From Candidatus Moraniibacteriota bacterium (GTDB taxonomy: Bacteria > Patescibacteriota > Minisyncoccia > Moranbacterales > UBA1568), in the NCBI GenBank assembly GCA_018061645.1, contig JAGOTT010000002.1, forward strand, positions 23,842-87,841: DNA of 64,000 nt, in the 5' to 3' direction. A program made the position numbers and the translations under genes. Under the pieces are notes generated by a model that was given only the letters and a program-made list of their open reading frames with translations, was not told the DNA's origin and did not search any database. Positions within the stretch are counted from its first letter, which is position 1, and every line of letters begins with the position of its first letter. This document shows, one piece after another, positions 25,376 through 35,347 of the stretch.

Positions 25376-28300
25376 ATGTTCAAAAAAGTCGATCCGAAGG
25401 TGAGTTTTCCGAAGATGGAGGAGGAAATCCTCAAATACTGGGAGGACAACAAGATATTCGAGAAGTCGGTGTCGAAGGACGCGCCGCAGGGCGATTTCGT
25501 GTTTTATGAAGGGCCGCCGACGGCGAATGGGAAGCCGGGGCTTCATCACGTGCTCGCGCGGTCGTTCAAGGACATCATCCCGCGATACAAGACGATGAAA
25601 GGCTACCGGGTGGCGCGCAAGGCGGGGTGGGATACGCACGGGCTCCCGGTTGAGCTTCAGGTGGAAAAGGCGCTCGGACTCAAGAATAAACAGGATATCG
25701 AGAATATCGTCCCGGGCGATGCACGAGCGAGCGTCATCGAATTCAATAGGCGGTGCAAAGAATCCGTATGGGAGTATCGTGATCTCTGGGAGAAATTGAC
25801 GCGACGTATGGGCTACTGGGTGGATATGGAGCATCCGTATGTCACCTATGAGAACAGCTACATCGAATCAGTCTGGTGGCAGATAGCGCAAATCGCCGAA
25901 CTCAAAGATGAGAAAGGTGAAAGTTTGCTGTATCGTGGGCATAAGGTTGTGCCGTATTGCTATCGCTGCGGCACCGCACTTTCATCGCATGAAGTCGCGC
26001 AGGGGTATCAGACCGTGAAGGACAATTCGGTGTATGTGAAATTCGAAGTCAAAGAGCAAGGAGCAGGGAGTAAGAAACAAGGAAAGACCTATCTGCTAGC
26101 ATGGACTACTACGCCTTGGACTTTGCCGGGGAATGTGGCTTTGGCGGTGAATCCGAGTATTGAGTACGTTATTCGAGAAATTTTGAAAGGAGATCATGCT
26201 GGAGAAACATATATTACCGCCTCTGAAAGGCAAGCTGATGTTTATGCGTATTCCGGGATATTTCCGAAAGATGAATTAAAAGAAGGGGAAAATCCTGATG
26301 CTTGGGCAAAGACGAGAATTATAACCGGGAAAGAGTTGATTGGCCTCAATTATGAACCACTCTACGAAACTGACGAAAAAAATAATCGAGAGGGATTATA
26401 CCGCGTGATTGCTGGAGATTTCGTGACGACCGATTCGGGGACGGGAGTTGTGCACATCGCGCCGGCGTTCGGGGAAGATGACGCCAACGTCGGTCGGGAG
26501 AACGGGTTGCCGACACTTCATACCGTGGATCTCGAGGGGAAAGTCTCCGCTGATGTTCCTGGGAAGGGGATCTCGGTCAAGAAGAAGAATGACAAGAACC
26601 GGTATGCGGTCGACGACCTGATCATCGCGGACCTCAAGGAATGCGGACTGCTGTTCAAGGAGGAGGAATACGAACACGAATATCCGTTCTGCTGGCGGTG
26701 CGACACACCACTCATCTACTTCGCGAAGCCGTCGTGGTTCATCGCGATGAGCGCGGTGCGCGAGGAGCTGATGAAGAATGCCGAGGCGATCAGCTGGGTT
26801 CCGGAAAATATCAAGGAAGGACGATTCGGGGAGTGGCTTCGCGGTATCCGGGACTGGGCGATCTCGCGCGACCGGTACTGGGGGACACCGATCCCGATCT
26901 GGGAATGTGAAGGACAGACAACGGGTAACAGTCAACAAAAAACAGGATGCGGAAAGAGAAAAGTCATTTCTTCCATCAAGGAGCTTGAGGAATTATCCGG
27001 ACAGAAGTTAGAAGATGTGCATAAGCCGTATATCGACGATGTCGAGTGGACGTGTGAGTGCGGCAAGGGAACGATGCGGCGGACGCCGGAGGTGCTCGAC
27101 GTGTGGTTCGATTCCGGTGCGATGCCTCTGGCGCAGTTTTCGTATCCGGCTGGGTCGACGGACGATGAGAAGGTGATGATCGAGACCGGGAAATCCTTCC
27201 CGGCGGGTTTCATCTCTGAGGCGGTCGATCAGACGCGTGGCTGGTTCTACACGCTCCATGCGATCGCGACACTGCTTCATAAAGCCGGGGCGGTGCCGAA
27301 GGGGAACGCGTACGACAACGTGATCTGTCTCGGACACGTGCTCGACGGACAGGGTAAGAAGATGTCGAAGTCGAAAGGGAACGTGATCGATCCGTTCAAG
27401 ATGTTCGACGAATACGGTGCCGACATGCTCCGGTGGGCGCTCTTTTCTGTCAATCAGCCGGGACTGCCGAAACGTTTCGATGCCAAAGTGATGCGTGACG
27501 TCCAGAACCGCGTGTTCCGGATGCTGTGGAACTCGTATTCGTTCTTCATGACGTATGCTTCGATTGATGATTGGAAACCGAAGGAAAGCGTCGGTAAGTC
27601 GGAGCACATCCTCGATCGTTGGATCTTGGCTGACTGCAACTATCTGGTGCATGAAGTGAAATATGATCTCGACCGGTATGACGTGTATTCGGCCACGCAG
27701 ACGATCGAGAAGTTCATAGATAATCTCTCTAACTGGTATATCCGTCGGAGTCGGAACCGGTTTTGGAAAAATGAGAACGATGACGACAAGGAACACGCCT
27801 ATCAGACGTTGTGTGGAGTTCTTTTGACTCTTTCGAAATTGATGGCCCCGTTCACGCCGTTTCTTTCGGAAGAGATTTATCGGAACCTGACAGGAGAAGA
27901 TTCGGTGCACCTCGCGAATTGGCCGGAGGAAACGGAGCTTGAGGGTGGGGAGCTGCGGAAAGAGATGTTGTCGGCTCGTCTGCTTGTGACGCAGGGACTT
28001 AAGATGCGCTCTGAGGCGGGAGTGAAAGTGCGACAGCCGCTTTCGGGATTCTCCATCGGAGATATCGAGTTGCGCGATGAACTGAAGGAAATTCTCGCGG
28101 ATGAACTGAATGTGAAAACAGTTGTCGGCGGTAAGCCGCTGGGACTCGATACCGAAATTACCCCCGAACTCAGGCTCGAAGGGCAGGCGCGGGAAATCAT
28201 CCGCGCGGTGCAGGAAGGACGAAAGAAGGCGGGGTTCAACGTGGAGGACCGCATCAGCCTCGGCTACGAGGGAATGTCAGCAGTCTTTGCTGACGAGATA

Positions 28301-28435
28301 CTCCGGAACCTCATCGCCGGTGAGACGCTCGCGGAGGGCGGCATCACCGAAGGCGAGCTTGCTGATGCCGACTTCACCGAGTCCGTCGATCTCGACGGGG
28401 AGGCGTTCGCATTTTGGTTGAAACGTGGAAAGTGA
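25376..28435 (+). CDS. ileS: isoleucine--tRNA ligase
   Basis: PTANGKPGLHHV (HIGH) and KMSKSKGN motifs; 1019 aa. Heptamer insertion at 26914-26948. Confidence 0.9.
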   Translation: MFKKVDPKVSFPKMEEEILKYWEDNKIFEKSVSKDAPQGDFVFYEGPPTANGKPGLHHVLARSFKDIIPRYKTMKGYRVARKAGWDTHGLPVELQVEKALGLKNKQDIENIVPGDARASVIEFNRRCKESVWEYRDLWEKLTRRMGYWVDMEHPYVTYENSYIESVWWQIAQIAELKDEKGESLLYRGHKVVPYCYRCGTALSSHEVAQGYQTVKDNSVYVKFEVKEQGAGSKKQGKTYLLAWTTTPWTLPGNVALAVNPSIEYVIREILKGDHAGETYITASERQADVYAYSGIFPKDELKEGENPDAWAKTRIITGKELIGLNYEPLYETDEKNNREGLYRVIAGDFVTTDSGTGVVHIAPAFGEDDANVGRENGLPTLHTVDLEGKVSADVPGKGISVKKKNDKNRYAVDDLIIADLKECGLLFKEEEYEHEYPFCWRCDTPLIYFAKPSWFIAMSAVREELMKNAEAISWVPENIKEGRFGEWLRGIRDWAISRDRYWGTPIPIWECEGQTTGNSQQKTGCGKRKVISSIKELEELSGQKLEDVHKPYIDDVEWTCECGKGTMRRTPEVLDVWFDSGAMPLAQFSYPAGSTDDEKVMIETGKSFPAGFISEAVDQTRGWFYTLHAIATLLHKAGAVPKGNAYDNVICLGHVLDGQGKKMSKSKGNVIDPFKMFDEYGADMLRWALFSVNQPGLPKRFDAKVMRDVQNRVFRMLWNSYSFFMTYASIDDWKPKESVGKSEHILDRWILADCNYLVHEVKYDLDRYDVYSATQTIEKFIDNLSNWYIRRSRNRFWKNENDDDKEHAYQTLCGVLLTLSKLMAPFTPFLSEEIYRNLTGEDSVHLANWPEETELEGGELRKEMLSARLLVTQGLKMRSEAGVKVRQPLSGFSIGDIELRDELKEILADELNVKTVVGGKPLGLDTEITPELRLEGQAREIIRAVQEGRKKAGFNVEDRISLGYEGMSAVFADEILRNLIAGETLAEGGITEGELADADFTESVDLDGEAFAFWLKRGK

Positions 28436-28485
28436 TATTGGAAATTCCGAAATTCAATCATGAAAAATTGATTGGAAATTGAAAA

Positions 28486-29223
28486 ATGGGAATTGAGAAT
28501 TCTTCTGTGGAATACCGTTACACTGCCATCGTGCTGAAGAAGAAGGAGGTCGGGGAGACCGATCGCCTGTACACGTTTTTGACGCGCGAGGGTGGAAAGA
28601 TCCGCGCGAAGGCGGTCGGGGTCCGCAAGCCCCATGCGCGTCTCGCGGCATCACTTGAGACGCTGATGCTCTCCGATATCACGGTCGTAAGGGGAAGGGG
28701 GATGGGGCGCATTGCCGGAGCGATCACGGAGGAAGCGTATCTTGGCCTCCGCGGCGATCTTGACGCGCTCTCGCTCGTGGTCGAAGCGGCGGATATCGTC
28801 GATTCGCTTGTCGGGCTCGAACAACCCGACGAAAGCCTTTTCGCGTTGTTTCTCGAGTATCTTTCTCTGCTCGACGAACTTGCGGGAGCGGGAGACGCGG
28901 AATGCACACCGCTTGTGTCCGAGGGATTCTACGTGAAGCTCCTCTCCGAGCTTGGCTATCATCTCGAGACGTCTCTCTGCGCGGTGTCGGGGGATCGACT
29001 CGGATCCGGAAGCGAATGTTTCTTCAGTCCGGATGCGGGAGGAATCGTGCTCGCGGATCATGCCGACCGGCATTCGATCGCGGTGAGTGGCAACGCCGTG
29101 AAGCTTCTGCGACTGTTCCTCGGAAATCGTCTCGGATCACTCCGGAAGGTCCGTGTTTCGGATGCGGATATCGCGGAGCTCGGACGTATGCGGAAATTGT
29201 TCCTTCGGCATATTCTGCGTTGA
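28486..29223 (+). CDS. recO: DNA repair protein RecO
   Basis: N-terminal OB-fold region YRYTAIVLKKKEVGETDRLYTFLTREGGKIRAKAVGVRK, typical of RecO. Confidence 0.6.
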   Translation: MGIENSSVEYRYTAIVLKKKEVGETDRLYTFLTREGGKIRAKAVGVRKPHARLAASLETLMLSDITVVRGRGMGRIAGAITEEAYLGLRGDLDALSLVVEAADIVDSLVGLEQPDESLFALFLEYLSLLDELAGAGDAECTPLVSEGFYVKLLSELGYHLETSLCAVSGDRLGSGSECFFSPDAGGIVLADHADRHSIAVSGNAVKLLRLFLGNRLGSLRKVRVSDADIAELGRMRKLFLRHILR

Positions 29224-29271
29224 TCCATGATATAATGACAGGAACCAAGGAAAAGCTAATATAAAAATCGT

Positions 29272-31176
29272 ATGGGCCTTCAGGATCTCAATGAGGATAT
29301 CTATGCGCGGAACTACGAGGGTGGTCGCAAGACGCATACCGAATTCGAGCCGGGAAACCAGGCGTCCGGAAATGTCGAATTCGGGATGGATCGGTGGGGA
29401 GTATCCAAAATATCCGCTCCTGAAACGTTCCAGTCGAAGGTAAGGGACTTTTTCATGACGAAATGGAAGTGGTTCATGATCGGTCTTCTGTCCCTTTTCT
29501 TCATAGTCTTCGTGGCAAACCTCGCTTTCATCCGCGGGATGCTTTTCACCGAGGACCGTGTCAGTCTCGAGATCGTCGGACCGAAGGAAGTCGCAAGCTC
29601 CGAAACGGTGGAGTATGTCGTCCGATACAAGAATGAGAACATGCTGCCCATGGGTGACGTTGAGCTTCTTTTTTCCTATCCGGAATCGTTCAGGATGGAT
29701 GATAGCCAAGGCGCCACCGTAAGTGGGAATTCGGCGAAAATCGTTCTCGGGACCGTTGACGGACGATCCGGCGGCGAAGCGCGGTTCTCCGGAAAATTTT
29801 ATGGATCAAAGGGATCGCTTGCGTATTTTAAAGCCATACTCGTGTTCGCTCCCTCCGGTATTTCGGGTCGGTTCGAACGACAGGCGCAGGCAGGCGTGAC
29901 CATCGCATCCTCGCCGATCGTGCTCGAAGTCAGCGCTCCGCAGGAGGTCGCTTCCGGAAATGAGGTCGAATACGTGTTCGCCTACCGTAACGACAGTGAT
30001 CTTTCCTTTTCGAATCTCCGGATACAGGCGGAATATCCGCAGAACTTCCGCTTTAATTCCTCGGAGCCGAGATCGATCGATGGGGATGCCTCCTGGCGTC
30101 TCGGCAATCTGCTTCCCCGGGCGACTGGTGAGATACGCGTCCGCGGTGTCATTACGGGGAATCGGGATGAGGCGAAAGTGGTGCGCGTTTCACTCGGTGT
30201 GCTTCAGGGGGACGATACGCTTCTGTCGTATGATCGGAAGGAGCGACTGACACGTATCGTGGTGTCACCGCTTTCCATCACGCAGACCGTGAACGGGAAG
30301 ACGGACATCTCGGTGAATCCAGGCGATTCGCTCAATTACGAAATACAGTATTCGAATGATGGAGATATCGGTCTTCGTGACGTCATCATCACCGTCGAAG
30401 TGAATGCGGCGTATCTCGATATGACGAAACTCAGGATGGCCGGAGGTTCATACGATACCGCGAGGAGCGTCATCACATGGAAAGCGCCGGATCTCCCGGA
30501 ACTTTCCAGACTTGAACCGAAAAAAGGCGGAAAAGTCACTTTTACGACGTTCGTTCGGAGCGATATCGGCGTGTCCGGGGAGGCTGGAAAACACCTCTCC
30601 GTCCGGACCATAGCGAAGATAGACAGTCCGGATATCCCGTTTTCGAATCCCTCGAACAAGGTCATTGCGAGCAATGCGCTCGAGACCCGGATCGGATCGA
30701 CCGTGGATTACCAGGTGTCCGGGTACCATTTCGATACCGCATTGCCGAATGCGGGTTCTATCCCGCCGAAGGTAGGGGAAGAGACGACCTATACGCTTCG
30801 GTTCAAGGTGACGAACTATCTTAACGATATCGCTCGGGCGAAGGTGACGGCTACGCTGCCGACCGGGGTACGTTATACGGGAAAAAAGATTCCTGAAAGC
30901 GAGCCTATTTCGTACAATGAGCGCACCGGCCATCTTATCTGGGATATCGGAAGCATGTGGGGCGGAGGAAAGACTACGAAGGAAATAGCGTTTCAGGTAG
31001 CCATCGTTCCCGGGCTGAACGAAATAGGAACTTCGCCCACCATCCTCCTCGACTCCGTGTTCGAGGCCGAAGATACTTTCACGAAAAAATCGATCCGCGT
31101 GGAAAGCGGGTCGAAGACGACGAACCTGAAGGATGATGTGAATCTTTCGGAGTCCGGATTCAATGTCGTTCCGTAA
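29272..31176 (+). CDS. membrane-anchored protein with repeated DUF11/CARDB-like beta-sandwich modules
   Basis: One TM after a ~60-aa cytoplasmic N-terminus, then at least three ~120-aa modules (PKEVASSETVEYVVRYKNEN..., SAPQEVASGNEVEYVFAYRND...). Confidence 0.5.
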   Translation: MGLQDLNEDIYARNYEGGRKTHTEFEPGNQASGNVEFGMDRWGVSKISAPETFQSKVRDFFMTKWKWFMIGLLSLFFIVFVANLAFIRGMLFTEDRVSLEIVGPKEVASSETVEYVVRYKNENMLPMGDVELLFSYPESFRMDDSQGATVSGNSAKIVLGTVDGRSGGEARFSGKFYGSKGSLAYFKAILVFAPSGISGRFERQAQAGVTIASSPIVLEVSAPQEVASGNEVEYVFAYRNDSDLSFSNLRIQAEYPQNFRFNSSEPRSIDGDASWRLGNLLPRATGEIRVRGVITGNRDEAKVVRVSLGVLQGDDTLLSYDRKERLTRIVVSPLSITQTVNGKTDISVNPGDSLNYEIQYSNDGDIGLRDVIITVEVNAAYLDMTKLRMAGGSYDTARSVITWKAPDLPELSRLEPKKGGKVTFTTFVRSDIGVSGEAGKHLSVRTIAKIDSPDIPFSNPSNKVIASNALETRIGSTVDYQVSGYHFDTALPNAGSIPPKVGEETTYTLRFKVTNYLNDIARAKVTATLPTGVRYTGKKIPESEPISYNERTGHLIWDIGSMWGGGKTTKEIAFQVAIVPGLNEIGTSPTILLDSVFEAEDTFTKKSIRVESGSKTTNLKDDVNLSESGFNVVP

Positions 31177-32341
31177 CATGAATCGGATGCGATCACATTT
31201 CTTGGCAAACGAAGGCGTGTCGGTCGGTCGGACCGGTATGCTTCTGACGGGAAGCGGGGAGATGCGAACCCCGTTTTTCATGCCGGACGCGACCAAGGGA
31301 TCGGTCAAGGGGGTCTCCCTGTCAGACCTCGAAAGTGTCGGTGTCGGACCGATGGTCGTGAATACCTATCACCTTCAGCTTGCGCCCGGAGCGGATTTCA
31401 TCGGTGAAGCGGGCGGTGTTCATCGGTTCATGGGGTGGGATAAGCCTCTTCTTTCGGATTCCGGCGGATATCAGGTTTATTCGCTCATACATGGGAATCC
31501 GGATATGGGACGGATCACCGAGGATGGGGCGGAATTCCGCTCAGTGATCGACGGAGCGAAGCATTTCTTGACGCCGGAGCGGGCGGTTCAGATCCAATTC
31601 GATCTCGGTGTCGATATGATGGTATGTCTCGACGATCCGCGACCGAACGACGTATCCGAGGAGGAGATGGCGGCGTCCGTCGACCGGACGATCCGGTGGG
31701 CGAAGCGGTGCCGCGAGGAATATGATCGGCAGGTCGCCGAGAGAGAGCTTTCGGATGAGAGTCGGCCGCTTCTGTTCGGGGTGGTGCAGGGCGGGACGAG
31801 CGTGGGGTTACGGAGGAAGTGTGTCGCCGCTCTCGTCGATATCGGATTCGACGGATACGGGTTCGGTGGGCGACATGTGGATGTGGCGGGGAATTTTCTT
31901 GAGGAGATCATCCGGGAAACGGCGACAGCTATCCCTGAGGATAAACCGCGGTTTGCGCTCGGCATCGGGACGCCTGAGGACATAGTCCGTTGCTATCGTC
32001 TCGGCTGGGATATGTTCGACTGCGTTATCCCGACGCGCGAAGGCCGGCATGGCCGACTTTTCCGATGGAAAAATCAGGATACAGGATACAGGATACAGGA
32101 TACGAACCCCTCGGATTTCTACGAGACGATCAATATCAGTAACGAGCAGTTCAAAGAGGATTTTTCTCCGGTGGACGAGACATGCGATTGCGAGTTATGC
32201 CGGAATCATACGAAAGCGTACCTACGCCATCTTTTCCGTGTCGGGGACTCGCTCGGCGGTCGTCTCGCGTCGATTCATAATCTCCGTTTCTATATGCGGC
32301 TCATGGAGTCGCTTCGTCATCACGGTATTGACAAAAAGTAA
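31163..32341 (+). CDS. tgt: queuine tRNA-ribosyltransferase
   Basis: MRTPFFMPDATKG, LSDSGGYQV and the zinc site CDCELCRNH...H. Contains a (CAGGATA)4 tract. Confidence 0.85.
   Translation: MSFRNMNRMRSHFLANEGVSVGRTGMLLTGSGEMRTPFFMPDATKGSVKGVSLSDLESVGVGPMVVNTYHLQLAPGADFIGEAGGVHRFMGWDKPLLSDSGGYQVYSLIHGNPDMGRITEDGAEFRSVIDGAKHFLTPERAVQIQFDLGVDMMVCLDDPRPNDVSEEEMAASVDRTIRWAKRCREEYDRQVAERELSDESRPLLFGVVQGGTSVGLRRKCVAALVDIGFDGYGFGGRHVDVAGNFLEEIIRETATAIPEDKPRFALGIGTPEDIVRCYRLGWDMFDCVIPTREGRHGRLFRWKNQDTGYRIQDTNPSDFYETINISNEQFKEDFSPVDETCDCELCRNHTKAYLRHLFRVGDSLGGRLASIHNLRFYMRLMESLRHHGIDKK
32075..32102 (+). repeat. (CAGGATA)x4 heptanucleotide tract inside tgt
   Basis: aaatCAGGATACAGGATACAGGATACAGGATAcgaac, encoding KNQDTGYRIQDTN. 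Confidence 0.85.
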
Positions 32342-32382
32342 AAAGTATGCCATACTCTTCCGTTAATATCTAACGGGTGGGT

Positions 32383-32499
32383 ATGAGTGATTTCATGTTC
32401 GAGGTCGGTTTTTTCGGTCTTTGTTACGCGCTTATCTTCGGTGGAATATTCGGGGCCGCGTACAAGATGACCGAAATGATGCTTGTGATGATCGCCTGA
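32383..32499 (+). CDS. possible 38-aa hydrophobic peptide
   Basis: MSDFMFEVGFFGLCYALIFGGIFGAAYKMTEMMLVMIA. Followed by a terminator hairpin. Confidence 0.25.
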   Translation: MSDFMFEVGFFGLCYALIFGGIFGAAYKMTEMMLVMIA

Positions 32500-32510
32500 A
32501 GTTGGGATTT

Positions 32511-32600
32511 CCGGAAAACCTCCTCCTTGCGGGGGAGGTTTTCGTTTCCCAAAAAATGAAAACGCCGGCAGTTGCTTCTGCGCGGCGTTTTGCTTCAGGG
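32511..32600. terminator. pair of hairpins forming bidirectional terminators between convergent genes
   Basis: CCTCCtccttgcggGGGAGGtttt on plus. AAAACGCCGcgcagaagcaactgCCGGCGTTTTcatttttt on minus. Confidence 0.4.
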
Positions 32601-32738
32601 GATTTTTGGCGGTTTCTTTCGACGGTTCAATCCGATCGCGACGGACGCGAGAAGCGCCGCTGCCAAAATGACGCATATGGCCACGAGGATTATTGATCCA
32701 GGGTCGATGTCGATGATGTGCATGGCAAACTCCTTTGT

Positions 32739-33065
32739 TCAGGCTATCGCGTGGAAGGATCCCGAGCGTTTCGGAGCAGCCAATCTCGCCGCGTATTCTA
32801 TCTTGCCGAGATGTTCCGGATCATTTTTCAGAGTCGGAACCGTATCGGATGCGGCAAGCAGCACGTTCAGATACCGTTCCGCGAGCCGTTTTCCGGTTGG
32901 GTAGTCGCCAGGGTGGATATCGCGGTGCTCGTTCGTCCATCTGTTCAAGTCGGCTTCGGCCTCCGACAGATCGGCAAAAGGCCGTTCGCCTCCGGATCTG
33001 AATGCCTTGTAGAGGAGGAGCGCTAGTGCGGCCAGAACGATCAGGGGGATGCTGTCTGAGAGCAT
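32739..33065 (-). CDS. hypothetical membrane-anchored protein (108 aa)
   Basis: AAAGGAG SD 6 nt upstream of ATG 33065. N-terminal TM SIPLIVLAALALLLY. Terminator downstream. Confidence 0.45.
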   Translation of the reverse strand: MLSDSIPLIVLAALALLLYKAFRSGGERPFADLSEAEADLNRWTNEHRDIHPGDYPTGKRLAERYLNVLLAASDTVPTLKNDPEHLGKIEYAARLAAPKRSGSFHAIA

Positions 33066-33184
33066 GGGAGCTCCTTTCTTGTCAGGGGGTTGTTAAGGAA
33101 TGGTTTCTGTGTAGCGCGGAATCGTGTGTTTGTCCAGCGTTCTTTGACTTTCAGACCGGAAAAAGGTAGGGTTGAAGGGAAATA

Positions 33185-34612
33185 ATGAACTTTTTTCCTA
33201 TGGCGGAACAGAAAAATGACCTGATGGACAGGATCGTCTCCCTCTGCAAGCGGCGCGGATTCATCTTCCCGTCATCGGAGATCTACGGCGGGTTCGCGGC
33301 GGTGTACGATTTCGGTCCGTATGGGGTCGAGCTCGCGCGCAATATCCGCGAGGCGTGGTGGAAGGCGATGGTGCGCGACCACGAGAACATCGTCGGTCTC
33401 GATTCGGCGATCTTCATGCACCCACGGGTCTGGGAGGCGTCCGGGCATGTCGGCGGATTCTCCGATCCGCTCGCCGAGTGTCGGAAATGCCACAGCCGCG
33501 TCCGCGTCGACCATCTTCTCGAGGAAGCGGGAGTGTTTGCCGACGAGAAAATGACCGAAGCGGAGATAAATGCACTCTTTTCCGAGAACAAAGAGAAGAT
33601 AGCGTGCCCGAAATGTGGGTCGAAAGATTTCACCGAGGCGAAAAGTTTCAATCTTCTCGTTCAATCCAATCTTGGTAATTTTACCGGGGATTGGACGAAG
33701 GAGCCGACCTATCTCCGTGGCGAGACGTGCCAGGGCATTTACGTCAATTTCAAGAACGTCCTCGACTCTTCGCGGGTCAGGGTTCCGTTCGGTATCGCGC
33801 AGATCGGCAAGGCGTTCCGCAACGAAATCACCGCGCGGCAGTTCATCTTCCGCAAGCGCGAGTTCGAACAGATGGAGATGCAGTACTTCGTCCGGCCCGA
33901 GGAGGCGGCCGCGACCTATGAGGAGTGGCGCAAGAAACGTTGGCAGTACTATCTCGATCTCGGGATCAAGGAGGAACACCTCCGCTGGCACGAGCACGAA
34001 AACCTCGTCTTCTATGCCAAGGCGGCATGGGACATCGAGTACGAATTCCCATTCGGGTTCAAGGAACTTGAAGGCATTCACAACCGGAGCGACTATGACC
34101 TCACACAGCACTCGAAGTTTTCCGGCGTCGATCTCTCGTACCGCGATCCACAAACGAACGAGAAATATACCCCCTGGATCGTCGAGACTTCCGTCGGGCT
34201 TGATCGGACGTTTCTCGCGGTGCTGACGGATGCATACATGGAGGAAAAAATCTCGGACGATGAAACGCGCATCGTGCTCAAATTCCCGAAGAAGCTCGCG
34301 CCGGTACAGGTGGCGGTCTTCCCGCTCCTCAAGAACAAACCGGAGCTTGTAGCGAAGGCACGGGAGATATTCTCGTCGCTCAAGGAGGATTTCCGCGTCG
34401 AGTTCGACGACAACGGCAATGTCGGCAAGCGCTATCGTCGTCAGGACGAAATCGGCACGCCCTACTGCGTGACCGTCGACTTCGACACAATCGGCCAGGG
34501 CGAAGACGCTTCCCTGAAAGACACCGTCACCGTCCGCGACCGCGACACAATGAAACAGGAGCGGATAGGAATCAATGAATTGCACGAATATTTTTCGAGT
34601 AATCTAAAATAA
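33185..34612 (+). CDS. glyQS: glycine--tRNA ligase (dimeric GlyQS type)
   Basis: MDRIVSLCKRRGFIFPSSEIYGG N-terminus and class II motifs. Confidence 0.85.
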   Translation: MNFFPMAEQKNDLMDRIVSLCKRRGFIFPSSEIYGGFAAVYDFGPYGVELARNIREAWWKAMVRDHENIVGLDSAIFMHPRVWEASGHVGGFSDPLAECRKCHSRVRVDHLLEEAGVFADEKMTEAEINALFSENKEKIACPKCGSKDFTEAKSFNLLVQSNLGNFTGDWTKEPTYLRGETCQGIYVNFKNVLDSSRVRVPFGIAQIGKAFRNEITARQFIFRKREFEQMEMQYFVRPEEAAATYEEWRKKRWQYYLDLGIKEEHLRWHEHENLVFYAKAAWDIEYEFPFGFKELEGIHNRSDYDLTQHSKFSGVDLSYRDPQTNEKYTPWIVETSVGLDRTFLAVLTDAYMEEKISDDETRIVLKFPKKLAPVQVAVFPLLKNKPELVAKAREIFSSLKEDFRVEFDDNGNVGKRYRRQDEIGTPYCVTVDFDTIGQGEDASLKDTVTVRDRDTMKQERIGINELHEYFSSNLK

Positions 34613-34622
34613 TCAAACTCGT

Positions 34623-35336
34623 ATGTCCGAAGTATTTCATCCGTATAGCGAATACGAAGCGAACGAGGAAGCGGAGCAGATGAAAGCGAAGATCGCTTCG
34701 GGGGAGGCGTCGAACTATACCGAAGCGGAAAAGGGCGTCGATAAGGAACGAATAAAGAAGAATCTTGAAGAAACTCTTGAATCATTGCGAATCAATCGTT
34801 TTGGCAATTCGCTGCACTTTCTTGCTGCCGCGAATCTTCTGGAGCTGAAGGATGTGACTATAGACCTGTACCGAATCCATATCTCAAGAGCGGCAGATGT
34901 TGTGCTTGAAAGTGATGATCCTTATGTAGTCTTTCATCAACCCGTTCATACAGCGCATGATTATTTAAGAGAGGAATACAAGGGGTTGACTGATGGATTG
35001 GGCGAAAAATGGCAAGCAATAGGAAAACTTTTGGTCATACTTCGGGCGGCTCAGAGGGCTGATGAAGGATTTTTTAATGAGGAAAAAAATGGTGCCGCTA
35101 GGTATTATAGACGTATAGGAATGGATGAAGAGGCAGACAGGTTTGAAACGATGAAGAATGATTCTCATGATAATGAGCATGAAACCTGCAGCGAAATGCC
35201 CTACGTCGGGAAAATCGTAGCAAAGTTTCGGGAAGAGATACGGAAAGAGGATTTGTTTACACCCGAAGAAACCGAAAAAATCCGTGTCGACGCGATAGAG
35301 AAAATAGAGAAGGTTCTAGCGGATTTGGAAAAATAA
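34623..35336 (+). CDS. hypothetical protein with low-GC central segment
   Basis: No recognisable motifs. The central ~400 nt is ~42% GC. Confidence 0.4.
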   Translation: MSEVFHPYSEYEANEEAEQMKAKIASGEASNYTEAEKGVDKERIKKNLEETLESLRINRFGNSLHFLAAANLLELKDVTIDLYRIHISRAADVVLESDDPYVVFHQPVHTAHDYLREEYKGLTDGLGEKWQAIGKLLVILRAAQRADEGFFNEEKNGAARYYRRIGMDEEADRFETMKNDSHDNEHETCSEMPYVGKIVAKFREEIRKEDLFTPEETEKIRVDAIEKIEKVLADLEK

Positions 35337-35347
35337 TCACATTTGCA

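Noticed and set aside
32594-32723. Putative 42-aa TM peptide on the minus strand
   Set aside because: On exact re-reading the frame is that of the junk ORF 32320..32676. There is no hydrophobic peptide.
33272-34585. 437-aa minus-strand ORF
   Set aside because: Antisense to glyQS.
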